A DNA stretch of 63,566 nt, the filler included, from Lama guanicoe (lineage: Eukaryota), in NCBI GenBank assembly GCA_013239625.1. It is 143 parts of 143 records of this genome, joined end to end, with 100 filler letters (N's around TTAATTAATTAA, not from the genome) between each part and the next. Parts side by side here need not be neighbours in the genome. Positions count along the whole stretch, not along the records: positions 11,998 to 12,342 come from PNXV01057292.1; positions 12,443 to 12,787 come from PNXV01057293.1; positions 12,888 to 13,232 come from PNXV01057294.1; positions 13,333 to 13,677 come from PNXV01057295.1; positions 13,778 to 14,122 come from PNXV01057296.1; positions 14,223 to 14,566 come from PNXV01057297.1; positions 14,667 to 15,011 come from PNXV01057298.1; positions 15,112 to 15,456 come from PNXV01057299.1; 135 more parts are not named here. One strand, given 5' to 3'. Below are positions 11,998 through 23,462 of this stretch, in pieces (position 1 is the stretch's first letter; every line of letters starts with the position of its first letter). The position numbers were made by a program, and so were the translations under genes. A model generated the notes under the pieces. The model did not search any database. It was not told the origin of the DNA and worked only from the letters and a program-made list of their open reading frames with translations.

Positions 11998-12342
11998 GAA
12001 ATGCAAATTAAAACAGGAGTGATTCCACCTCTTACCCAACTGTCTAGTAAAAACAGTTAAAGTCTGATGAGGCTGTGGGGGAAACCGGCCTCTCATCCAT
12101 GCAACGGAATCTCCAGCTCTCATAGACAGCAGTTCACAGACACCAAGTGAAGCTGAAAATGCGTGTGTCCTGCAGCCCGGCAGCCCAGCCCGCTGTGTTC
12201 CCCGGGGAGTCTCCCCCGCAGGCGTACGGGCGGCCTGTAAAAGGATGCTCATGGCCGCAGTGCCGCGATGGTAAAAAAACCCGATGCAAGATAAATGTCC
12301 ATCAGCAGAAGAATGGATAGATAAAGTGTGGCATAATTGTGT
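11998..12342 (+). mobile_element. Old LINE-1 (L1ME-like) ORF2 3' end, GC-shifted
   Basis: GAAATGCAAATTAAAAC at the start and AAATGTCCATCAGCAGAAGAATGGATAGATAAAGTGTGGCATA at the end. Confidence 0.75.
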
Positions 12343-14389
12343 NNNNNNNNNNNNNNNNNNNNNNNNNNNNNNNNNNNNNNNNNNNNTTAATTAATTAANN
12401 NNNNNNNNNNNNNNNNNNNNNNNNNNNNNNNNNNNNNNNNNNAATTTGTTGGCAAACGTAGGTTAAGGAAAATAAACCTACAATTATGAGTGAGTGATCT
12501 TTGCATCGAGAGGATCGCTCATTTGTAAGGTTAAAAAAAAAAATTCAATTGAAAGACCAACAGGGAAAGTAACCTCATTAAGTTGGTATTTCAAAAGGGA
12601 GAAAAAATAAACTCAAAGTGGATCATATAAAACTTGATTCAATTAATAAGACAATTAGCTCTATAAAATAATAATTTGACTGTCTAGGATGAAGTTATCT
12701 AACAGTTTTGCCTGAATCAGGGGTCATGTGTGATTAGAATCACTTGGAGGGAGGAGGCGTCAAAAACTGGAGATGTCCCGCCCCATCNNNNNNNNNNNNN
12801 NNNNNNNNNNNNNNNNNNNNNNNNNNNNNNNTTAATTAATTAANNNNNNNNNNNNNNNNNNNNNNNNNNNNNNNNNNNNNNNNNNNNAAGGAGACAGATA
12901 AAAAAGGATGTTATCTGTGCCTTTCCAAGGACAACTCTGTCTGACTCCAGAGGCTACACTCTTAAATTCTATATTGCCTCTTCCTGGTATCTTCCCAGAC
13001 AAAGCAGCTCCTGGTTTTTCTAAAAAAAATATGTTACAGGAAAGATTTTTTCTGGGTTCAAAATGCGGTAAGACCTCAGCTTCCAAAAGACTAGCTGTTT
13101 GAGAGCCTCAGTCTACTGTAATAGTACATATCTTAATAGTTATCCAAACAAAATAAAACCTTATTTAAGATAAAAGGAGTAGCCTCTAAATAGCCACCAA
13201 CAAATGAATCAATGAACAATGTCCAAGAGACCNNNNNNNNNNNNNNNNNNNNNNNNNNNNNNNNNNNNNNNNNNNNTTAATTAATTAANNNNNNNNNNNN
13301 NNNNNNNNNNNNNNNNNNNNNNNNNNNNNNNNACCTCCCTGGTCCACAGGACAGGCGAGCTGGGAGACAGGGCCGGCGGCACGCCCGCCCGACTCCAGGG
13401 AAGGGAGAGATCCTGGGCCAGCAGCCCCGATGCTGGGCGGCCCCCCAGAACCCCAGGGGTGAGCTGCCCTGCCCTGTGCCACCAAATCTTAGAACTTTGC
13501 AGCTGGCCTGCCCTGGAGACCAACTTCCCCTACAGGGAAAAGAATGTGGGGCGAGAGGAGGGCCGTGTCCCAGGTCCCGCCGCGTCCCCGGGACACACCC
13601 GCCACGTGAGGGCCCCTGGCCTCCCACAGGAAGCAGCTCATCAGTGAGCCACAGCTGAGTGGAAGGGGGCTCACTCANNNNNNNNNNNNNNNNNNNNNNN
13701 NNNNNNNNNNNNNNNNNNNNNTTAATTAATTAANNNNNNNNNNNNNNNNNNNNNNNNNNNNNNNNNNNNNNNNNNNNTTGCACATGCAGTTCCTTCTGTT
13801 GGAATGCCATTCCCTCCTAACCTCTTGGCGCAACTGACTTCTCCCTGCAGTCAGATCTCAGCTGTCTCTGGCCCCTCAGGCTGAGTCAAATTACCTTGCT
13901 GTGAACTCTCTGGAAAGCTCTCTTTAAAGCCCCCATCACAACTGTGATTAAATGATTAATTGTATATTGAGCTATTTGGAACCAGTGTTCCCCTGTGACC
14001 CGAAGCACAGGGAGATTGGGCATCATCTGGTGATTGATCCTTATTCCTGAGAATATTTGAGATAACTGAGGGTGAGAAGGGAGGACAGAACCTACCAGAA
14101 CGTCCCTGGGGAAGGGAAACCANNNNNNNNNNNNNNNNNNNNNNNNNNNNNNNNNNNNNNNNNNNNTTAATTAATTAANNNNNNNNNNNNNNNNNNNNNN
14201 NNNNNNNNNNNNNNNNNNNNNNAGTAGTTTTCAGATTAAAAATAAAAATATCTGGCTGTCTGCTGTTAAGAAAGATACAGATAGAGAGTGAAAGGAAGAA
14301 ATAAGTAGAACAGGAATAGCCCTAGCCAAAAGGAAATGGTTGTCTATAGGGATATTAGTTAAAGTACACTTCTTGTTTAGTTTTTGATT

Positions 14390-14566
14390 CTTATTTTTAA
14401 TTGAAGTGTAGTTGATTTACAATGTTAGTTTCAGGTGAACAGGAAAGCAATTCAGTCATACATATTCATGTCTACATATGTATTTTTTCAGTTTCTTTTC
14501 CATTATGGCTCATTATAAGCAATTGAATAAAGTTCCCTGTGCTATACAGTAGATCCTTGTTGTTTA
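14390..14566 (-). mobile_element. Young L1 3' terminus
   Basis: TTTTTAATTGAAGTGTAGTTGATTTACAATGTTAGTTTCAGGTG...TTGAATA.AGTTCCCTGTGCTATACAGTAG. Confidence 0.85.
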
Positions 14567-15556
14567 NNNNNNNNNNNNNNNNNNNNNNNNNNNNNNNNNN
14601 NNNNNNNNNNTTAATTAATTAANNNNNNNNNNNNNNNNNNNNNNNNNNNNNNNNNNNNNNNNNNNNTTTGCTTTCCCTAACAACGTTCAGGTTTGCAGCT
14701 CTACTTTTGGTTTACAGGGCGCCGCAGCCCCTCCCTGCCAGGCCGGGGTCCTGCCGCCTGCCCCCCCCCAACCAGGATGTGAAAAGTGGGGCAAGAGCAG
14801 CATGTCCTATCCATATCATTGGGTCTTCAGACAGTGCAGTTCCTTTTTAAAAAAACAAAACAAAACAAAACAGGAGAAAAAAGTGAAAGATTTGTGTCGG
14901 GAGTTACCAAAGAAAGAAAATCCCTATTTTCCTCTCAATCTATAGAAAGGAGAAATATTTAATAATTGTGGTCTTGTTCACTTTTAATTGCTGTTATTCC
15001 CCTTGCACTAANNNNNNNNNNNNNNNNNNNNNNNNNNNNNNNNNNNNNNNNNNNNTTAATTAATTAANNNNNNNNNNNNNNNNNNNNNNNNNNNNNNNNN
15101 NNNNNNNNNNNGTAATATTTCACTGAAGGAGCTTAAAGGGTGCAGTTCTGCAGCCGGTGATGGTGAGCAGTTCTCCCCTGCAGGGTTCCCAGCCCCCAGT
15201 CCTCTGTCAGCCCGAGCATCCCCTTCTTACAGTTTCCAGAACTACAGGACTCCTCGCCAGCTGTAAACACCAGACACGCTGCGAGAGGCCGCGTGTCACA
15301 AAACGTCAGTCGCATCCCACAACACATGGTCTCTCCTGTGGGTTCTGCATTTACATCTGCGGAGGTGGAACCCCCAGCAGTGGGGCAGTGCCCCTCTTCC
15401 CACTCCTGCCTGCCTGAAGAGGGGGCACTGGGACTGAGGTTATGAGCTGGGTCTGGNNNNNNNNNNNNNNNNNNNNNNNNNNNNNNNNNNNNNNNNNNNN
15501 TTAATTAATTAANNNNNNNNNNNNNNNNNNNNNNNNNNNNNNNNNNNNNNNNNNNN

Positions 15557-15900
15557 TAGGTCCATCCACATTGTTGCAAATGGCAGAATTTTATTCTTTT
15601 TATGGCTGAGTAATATTCCATTGTGTATATATACAACATATCTTCTTTATCCATTCATGCTTTAATGGACCCTTAGATTGCTTCCATATCTTAACTATTA
15701 TAAACAATGCTGTAATTTGTAGACTTTTTCGATGATAGTCATTTTGACAGGTGTTAGATCATATCTCATTGTGGTTTTGACTTGCATTTCTCTGATGATT
15801 AGAGATGCTGAACCTTTTTTCATGTTCCTGTTGGTACATCTTCTTTGGAAAAATCTATTCAGATCTTTTGTTCATTTTTTAATCAGGTTGTTTGTTTTTT
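15557..15900 (-). mobile_element. LINE-1 ORF2 3' fossil with an internal deletion near 15712
   Basis: GGCTGAGTAATATTCCATTGTGTATAT...TAAACAATGCTG is joined directly to GATGATAGTCATTTTGACAGGTG..ATCTCATTGTGGTTTTGACTTGCATTTCTCTGATGATTAG. Confidence 0.85.
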
Positions 15901-16890
15901 NNNNNNNNNNNNNNNNNNNNNNNNNNNNNNNNNNNNNNNNNNNNTTAATTAATTAANNNNNNNNNNNNNNNNNNNNNNNNNNNNNNNNNNNNNNNNNNNN
16001 AAGGATTTGATTCACTTTTATAAGCTATTTGTCAGTGAGGTTCTGCAACTAGGCAACAGAGCCTGCATGCTAAGAAAAATATATGCCTCTATGTTTAAAA
16101 AGTCAATCAAAAACTATATAGACAGAAATCTGCACATTGACATATGTCATTTGTTTTATCCTTTGGATACTTCTGGGAAAAAGTCTAAAATTTTAAATAG
16201 CAGATTGCTTCATGGAATACTGATGTAAAAATCTACAGGCAAGCTTTAGAGTGGTACTTGGGAATACATTAAATTGTCACTTTCCCAAAAGTTTGAAAGG
16301 AAAATGCTTCCCTCATATTGACAAATTGTGGAAAGACAGACTCCCNNNNNNNNNNNNNNNNNNNNNNNNNNNNNNNNNNNNNNNNNNNNTTAATTAATTA
16401 ANNNNNNNNNNNNNNNNNNNNNNNNNNNNNNNNNNNNNNNNNNNNAAAAACCCCACAATTTATCTCACCTTCCTTTTCTTCCTTTCCTTCCTACCAGCAA
16501 CTTAATTTAGTTATGACTGTATATGTAAAATTCAGTATGGTTTCTGGTGAAGCTACAATCAATAATCTGTCCACTTTTTCTGTGTCATATTGCAAGTGGG
16601 ACAAATAAGCAGACACACATGTACCACAGTTTTATAAGGAGGCACATTTCATCACGTCATCCATAATCTAAATTTAAAAGAAAGTTTAAATGCCACAAAA
16701 TCACACAGAGAAGATCAACACGGCATGAATTTTCTATATGGTGAAATCGCTTCATATATTTCTACTTAGAACTTTGCTAACCTTTTTTTTNNNNNNNNNN
16801 NNNNNNNNNNNNNNNNNNNNNNNNNNNNNNNNNNTTAATTAATTAANNNNNNNNNNNNNNNNNNNNNNNNNNNNNNNNNNNNNNNNNNNN

Positions 16891-17153
16891 AAATGAACTT
16901 ATTTACAAAACAGAAACAGACTCACAGACAAAGAAAACAGACTCATGGTTACCAGGGGTAAAGAGGGTGGGAAAGGATAAATTGGGAGTTCAAAACTTGC
17001 ACCTCTGAGGGAATGATGGAAATGTTAGGTATCTTGATGTGATGGTGGTTTCATAGGTGTATACGTCTATCAAAATTCATCAAATTGTATATCTGAAATC
17101 TGTGTAGTTTACTGTACAGAACTTATATCACAATGAAGTTATTTTTTAAAAAA
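16891..17153 (+). mobile_element. L1 3'UTR (young type, 16891-17001) fused to an L1M-like 3' tail (17002-17153)
   Basis: AAATGAACTTATTTACAAAACAGAAACAGACTCACAGAC...GATAAATTGGGAGTT, then GATGGAAATGTT...GGTGGTTTCATAGGTGTATAC..CAAAATTCATCAAATTGTATA. Confidence 0.75.
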
Positions 17154-17778
17154 GAATTACTGCCATAAGGTGGACAAACAAAATATTAAAGCTAAAATGG
17201 AAAAAAAATAAGAATATGTATATATATATATATNNNNNNNNNNNNNNNNNNNNNNNNNNNNNNNNNNNNNNNNNNNNTTAATTAATTAANNNNNNNNNNN
17301 NNNNNNNNNNNNNNNNNNNNNNNNNNNNNNNNNCGATATGTCACACTGTCCCCTGTGCACAACTGAGGCGCTTTTCGGGGCCACCGCCGTCGACCCTTTG
17401 CAGCCCACAGACCTCCTGCTCTGTGCACGTGTGGGGCGAGTCTCCCACCGCGTCCCCGTGGGACTCTCCGGGGGAGGGAGGGAGGCAGGGAGAGGGTTGC
17501 GTGGTGCTCAGTGGCTTTTACCAGATGTTCCATGTAATTAATTTCACATCTGCTGATCGTGGCAGGTTTTCTTGTGTTTCCCAGCATTTATCCTTCTGCA
17601 CCCTGCCGTTCCTTGTTTTCGCTTTGTTTACTTGTCGCGTTGGTTAGGAACGCTTGCAAAACGTGGGAAGTTATTAGTNNNNNNNNNNNNNNNNNNNNNN
17701 NNNNNNNNNNNNNNNNNNNNNNTTAATTAATTAANNNNNNNNNNNNNNNNNNNNNNNNNNNNNNNNNNNNNNNNNNNN

Positions 17779-17914
17779 GTTCTCCAGGACATTAGTCTGC
17801 CATCTTCTCAATCTGCTGGCTTTCCAAATAAAGTCACTGTTCCTTGCCCCAGCACCTCATCTCCTGATTTATCAGCCTATTGTGCAGCAAGCAGAATGAA
17901 TTTGGAATTGGTAA
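17779..17914 (+). mobile_element. ERV1-class LTR, R/U5 end
   Basis: AGTCTGCCATCTTCTC..TGCTGGCTTTCCAAATAAAGTC (poly(A) signal 17827-17832), then TTCCTTGCCCCA.CACCTC.TCTC...TTGG...GGTAA. Pattern resembles laurasiatherian ERV1 LTRs. Confidence 0.6.
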
Positions 17915-18668
17915 TGGTTTGGATGATATCCCGTTTCTCTAGCCAGGGACTGAGGTGAAAGTATTCAAACCAGCAGACAGTGAAGTGTTTTCACAATGAC
18001 TAGTCAAGGGCATTTACCAAAAGAAGAAAGAAGGAAGGGGCACTGGACTGGCATTACACTGATACCTACTGTACTATGAAATACCCCAGGTTCTGAGGAA
18101 GGTAAAAGCATGTCTAGAGTAAANNNNNNNNNNNNNNNNNNNNNNNNNNNNNNNNNNNNNNNNNNNNTTAATTAATTAANNNNNNNNNNNNNNNNNNNNN
18201 NNNNNNNNNNNNNNNNNNNNNNNTGCATTTTTAAAGCAGTGGTTCACGACTTTCACCAACACTGAAGATGTTAACTCATGTTCTCACCTGGAGTTGACAA
18301 GTGTGTTCTTGGATTTCAGAAATCTGATAAGTTTCTCAGGGCTCAGCCTGTTACTGAAAAGAGCCACATATGTAGTTACGATCTCAGGATCTCAGTTTCC
18401 TGACTTCTCTGACCCTGTTAAATTCATGGCTTTACACATGAAATCTGTTTTGCTAGATTTTCCTGTATTTCTTTGAGGTCATTTTGGCCTGAGGCAATAA
18501 TGACTGGACCCGTAAAGACATCTATAAGCGGGGCTGAGGGGACTTTGCTTCCTTTTTTTCTTTTTTTTNNNNNNNNNNNNNNNNNNNNNNNNNNNNNNNN
18601 NNNNNNNNNNNNTTAATTAATTAANNNNNNNNNNNNNNNNNNNNNNNNNNNNNNNNNNNNNNNNNNNN

Positions 18669-19013
18669 GTGAGAAATTAAAGAACTAAATAAATGGAAAC
18701 ACATGTAATTTTTGTGGACTGAAACAAGTAAAGATGTCAATTCTTCCCAAATTGATACAAAGATTTAACAAAGAGTTTTTGTAGATATAGAAAGATATTT
18801 TAAAATTCATATGGCAAATACAGGTTATGACTTAAAATAATTTTGAAGAATAAAAATAAAGAGGGTGAATTACCAACCCACTCCAAGCTTCCTTACATAG
18901 CCATGATAGTCAGGACTACAGGCACTGACACAGTGATAGTCACACAGACAAATGAAAGAAAACAGAGATCCCAGAAGCAGCCCACAGAAGTCAGGCCAAC
19001 TAACTTCACAAAC
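18669..19013 (+). mobile_element. LINE-1 ORF2 fossil
   Basis: GAAATTAAAGAA.TAAATAAATGGA...AAGATGTCAATTCTTCCCAAATTGATA.A.AGATTTAAC (KMSILPKLIxRFN) and AAAATTCATATGG. Confidence 0.8.
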
Positions 19014-20191
19014 NNNNNNNNNNNNNNNNNNNNNNNNNNNNNNNNNNNNNNNNNNNNTTAATTAATTAANNNNNNNNNNNNNNNNNNNNNNNNNNNNNNN
19101 NNNNNNNNNNNNNGTATTAAATGTGTTTATAAATCAGATAAAATGCTAAGCCCTTGAATACAGTTAAATGATAAACACATTAATAATAGGAAATGGAACT
19201 GAGTAGCTACATAAATGAATCACAGATAGCTTCCTGCAGGGGCTGAGGCTCATATCTAGACTAATAAGATTTGTCAAAGAATTATTCTGGTTAGATTGCT
19301 AGCGTAAATAATAATGAAATGGGTTTCATGATCTCAGCACTGACCCGTGATCCCGTATTAGTCTCACCCCCATGCAATAAACAGTCCCTGTTTGGATGAC
19401 AAGTTTAAGCGAAAGTGAGGACCAAAAAATGCATGTGTCCAGAGCGCCGTTTAAATGCNNNNNNNNNNNNNNNNNNNNNNNNNNNNNNNNNNNNNNNNNN
19501 NNTTAATTAATTAANNNNNNNNNNNNNNNNNNNNNNNNNNNNNNNNNNNNNNNNNNNNAATATAAAAAATAAAGTAAAATAAATTTTAAAAAGAGACAGG
19601 AAAAGGCAATCCAGCAACTCGTCTATTGAAAACTGTAGCCTGGATACATAGCATCTCTTTCACAAGAAGAATAAAGTGGAAAACAACCAACACGAAACCT
19701 GCAAAATGTTATTTCTTAATAAAGTCATTTAGGGTCATGAATGTGGTATTTTTCTGAATACAAATATATCCTCACCCCACAAGTTTTGATATGTACTTTC
19801 ATTACTGTTTCATTCTAAAAAGTTTGTTATCCAGGAGTTATTTGGGAATTTGTTTTCAAACACATCTTTTATTGGTCATTTCTAATCAGATTATTTTCAC
19901 ATANNNNNNNNNNNNNNNNNNNNNNNNNNNNNNNNNNNNNNNNNNNNTTAATTAATTAANNNNNNNNNNNNNNNNNNNNNNNNNNNNNNNNNNNNNNNNN
20001 NNNAACCTAGACAGCTTGGCAACACGGGCAAATATGAGCTTCCCTGTCCAGCATTAATATACACTGATGCAATTCATCAAGCCGGCAGAACTTCCTGGGA
20101 AGAGAACTGCCTACCAGGGGGAAATGGCATGGCTCTGCTCACAGTGGCTTCCAGGCAGCTCTCCTCTCGGATGCCACATGAGTGACTAAAT

Positions 20192-20348
20192 CAGGATCCA
20201 GCAAACTTTCCCTGTAAAAGGCCAGATAATACATATTTCAGGCTTTGCAGGCCTTCATCAAAGCTACTGAACTCTGCCATTATTGTTCAAAAGGAGTCGT
20301 AGACAAGATATATGTGGAGAGTGGGGCTGTGTTCCAATGAAACTTTCC
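20192..20348 (+). mobile_element. MER58A-like hAT-Charlie non-autonomous DNA transposon
   Basis: CAGG...CAGCAAACTTT..CTGTAAAAGGCCAGATAATA.ATATTTCAGGCTTTGCAGGCC...CTACTGAACTCTGCCATT...GGCTGTGTTCCAAT.AAACTTT. Confidence 0.85.
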
Positions 20349-20893
20349 NNNNNNNNNNNNNNNNNNNNNNNNNNNNNNNNNNNNNNNNNNNNTTAATTAA
20401 TTAANNNNNNNNNNNNNNNNNNNNNNNNNNNNNNNNNNNNNNNNNNNNCCTAAGCCCAAACACTGAATTTATGCATAGGGGCCCTAGGATTTTGAGGGGT
20501 CGCATAAATGTTTCTAGAGAGAGGATTACACAAGGGGCTCAGGAGGTAACCTTTTATGATTTGATGTGTCCTTGGACACCGCTCTTAACTGTGGGGAGAG
20601 AGAGCAGAATTAAATGTTGGCTACCCTCCTGGTAGCCTGTGATCAACACTTAAGTATCCAAACAACCTCCCAGAAGATGGGCATCAGGAATATTAGGAGG
20701 CTAGCTTCTAACATTTACTGCCTTTTCCCCTCAAAATCTGGAACTTTCCTTGCCTAACCTAATTCTTGAAGGTCCAAAAAGAAAAAAAAAAAANNNNNNN
20801 NNNNNNNNNNNNNNNNNNNNNNNNNNNNNNNNNNNNNTTAATTAATTAANNNNNNNNNNNNNNNNNNNNNNNNNNNNNNNNNNNNNNNNNNNN

Positions 20894-21237
20894 CATTTCC
20901 CTGATGACTAGTGATTTTGAGCATCTTTTCATGTGCCTGTTGGCTGTCTCTGTTTCCTCTTTGGAAAAGATACATGCACCCCAGTGTTCGTAGCAGTGTT
21001 ATTTACAATTGTCAAGATAGGGCAACAACCTAAGTGTCCGTCAATAGATGAGTGAATAAAGAAGGTGTGATACATACGTGCATGCATGTATATACACACA
21101 CACAAAATAAAAAAGAATATAATTTTGCCATTTGCAGGAACATGGATGGACTTAGAGGGCTAAGCGAAATAAGTCAGACAAGGACAAATACTGTATGATA
21201 TCACTTATATGTGGAATCTAAAAATTACAACAAACTA
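20894..21237. mobile_element. LINE-1 with 5' inversion (antisense 20894-20968, sense 20965-21237)
   Basis: CATTTCCCTGATGACTAGTGAT.TTGAGCATCTTTTCATGTGCCTGTTGGC (antisense L1) abuts AAAAGATACATGCACCCCAGTGTTC..AGCAG (sense L1). Confidence 0.85.
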
Positions 21238-21782
21238 NNNNNNNNNNNNNNNNNNNNNNNNNNNNNNNNNNNNNNNNNNNNTTAATTAATTAANNNNNNN
21301 NNNNNNNNNNNNNNNNNNNNNNNNNNNNNNNNNNNNNTCTGCACATCAGCACAAATTACCTACCTGGTATGAACAAAGCAACGTTCATAAACTAATATGA
21401 AAACCCAAGGCAAAGGGGAGATACGGAGTTGACATTGTTCACAGATAGCTTACACCTTGTGAAATGGAAGAGCTCCAGTGGGACCGGTCTTTGGCTGACC
21501 CCTGTTCTCTTGTACAAGAACAGAAAAGATGTGGGACAGCCCAGTAATAGATTGTGCAGAGAGAACAGAGAGAACATAGCGGAAGTGCAGCCACCAGTTC
21601 GTGGAGAACTTCTGAGCTGGAGGTAGGTGGCCAAGTGAGGTACTTGGAAATACGGATACAAATAGCCACAGCCCAAAAGGAGNNNNNNNNNNNNNNNNNN
21701 NNNNNNNNNNNNNNNNNNNNNNNNNNTTAATTAATTAANNNNNNNNNNNNNNNNNNNNNNNNNNNNNNNNNNNNNNNNNNNN

Positions 21783-22127
21783 ACTGGGGAGAGGACAAAT
21801 GCTGGCTAGAACCAACCAGGCCCAAGATGGCAGAAGACCTGCCTTCCAGTGGGCCTGGGGCCTCAGTGCACACTCAACACGATGAACGACAGCCCACGGT
21901 GCGAGCGCAGCTCCGAGCGGGACCAGAAGAGGCTGAAAAGTGGGCAGTGGCCCAATTCCGGGAAACCCCTGCCCTTTTGCCCGAAATGGTCGCAATAACC
22001 ATCCTATGTGTCAGCGCACGAAGTCACCGAGCGCCCCGCGCCCCCGGCCGCTCGCGCTTTCCCAGGCGGACCACGGTATCTCAGTCAACTTGCTTCACTT
22101 CACACTCGCTCTCTCCTGAATTCCTTC
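21783..22127 (+). mobile_element. MER41-like ERV1 LTR with STAT GAS motif
   Basis: TAGAACCAACCAGGCCCAAGATGGC..AAAAGTGGGCAGTGGCCCAATTCCGGGAAACCCCTGCCC..AATAA matches my recollection of artiodactyl MER41-type LTR layout. TTCCGGGAA at 21956-21964; YY1-like AAGATGGC at 21824-21831. Confidence 0.65.
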
Positions 22128-23117
22128 NNNNNNNNNNNNNNNNNNNNNNNNNNNNNNNNNNNNNNNNNNNNTTAATTAATTAANNNNNNNNNNNNNNNNN
22201 NNNNNNNNNNNNNNNNNNNNNNNNNNNAACTAGAAGTGTGTTACAGATAAGTGTGTGTAAATAATTAATAAGTTAATAAAATAATAGAAGTAGGGAATGT
22301 ACATGCATTTTTATCCTTCAAAGTTTGTATTGGGGGCATCTCTGTGATCTTAATGATACTGTTATGTATTTTAAGGAACCCAGATAACTTGTGTCTGCCT
22401 TGGTCTGGGCAAATGACACGACCTCAGTCATTGGCTTTGTAAAATATAATTTTACTTGTATCTGTTGTGTTGAATTGAGAGAAATTGAGATGACTCTGTC
22501 AAAGTTTCCACTGAGCTGCAGGAAAGCTGAGGGCCACATGTTGAGTAGCAACAAGCCAGTAATGAAAGTAATNNNNNNNNNNNNNNNNNNNNNNNNNNNN
22601 NNNNNNNNNNNNNNNNTTAATTAATTAANNNNNNNNNNNNNNNNNNNNNNNNNNNNNNNNNNNNNNNNNNNNGAATGGCAGGGGGCGCTGAGCGGTAAGA
22701 GCAGGGTGACCCCACACGCCCTAGGCATGGCCCCAGAGGAGAGGCCTGACATCCACTCCGGCTGCTGTGACCCCCGGGAACAGGTCTGTCCTGGAGCAGC
22801 TGACAGGTAAGAGTCACTCCAGGATGCTCAAGGCACAAGAAAGGCCACGGCTCATGATTTTCTAACTCAGATAAAACATGACTGAGTTTCCCGCGCCAGA
22901 GTCTGGAGGAAACGAAATCCCAGTCACTGCCAGGCCCCACCAAAAGCAGGCCCCATCCCCTGTCCCAGCTTTGGCTCAGGGGTCCTTCCTGGGTCACTGC
23001 CCCCACTCAAGAGCCCANNNNNNNNNNNNNNNNNNNNNNNNNNNNNNNNNNNNNNNNNNNNTTAATTAATTAANNNNNNNNNNNNNNNNNNNNNNNNNNN
23101 NNNNNNNNNNNNNNNNN

Positions 23118-23462
23118 AATCCAGCAGTTACACTCCTTGGTATTTATCTACATGAGTTGAAGACTTTTGTCTACACAGAAGCCTGCACATGGATGTTTAC
23201 AGAAGCTTTATTCATAACTGACAAAACTTGGACGCATGGACAAATATTTCATCCGGACAATGGAATGTTATTTAGCATTTAAAAGAAATGAACTATCAAG
23301 ATATGGAGGAAACTTAAATGCATGTTACTAAGTGAAACAAGGCAATGTGAAAAGGCTACCTAGAGTAGCATTCCAACGATATGACTTTCTGGAAAAGACA
23401 AAACTGTGCAGACAGTAAAAGGATCAATGGTTACCAGGGCTTAGAGGGGAGAGAGGAACAAA
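23118..23462 (+). mobile_element. LINE-1 (L1MB/L1MC-like) 3' end
   Basis: ATCCAGCAGTTACACTCCTTGGTATTTA...ACAATGGAATGTTATTTAGC..AAAAGAAATGAACTATCAAG...CTGGAAAAGACAAAACT. Confidence 0.85.

Noticed and set aside
20449..20700. Possible ERV gag capsid relic (..TFYDLM..LDTAL..ERE..)
   Set aside because: Similarity is too faint and needs several frameshifts. Cannot be supported without a profile search.
21338..21682. Several overlapping ORFs on both strands suggesting a coding exon
   Set aside because: No frame gives a recognisable protein, and there are no convincing splice signals.
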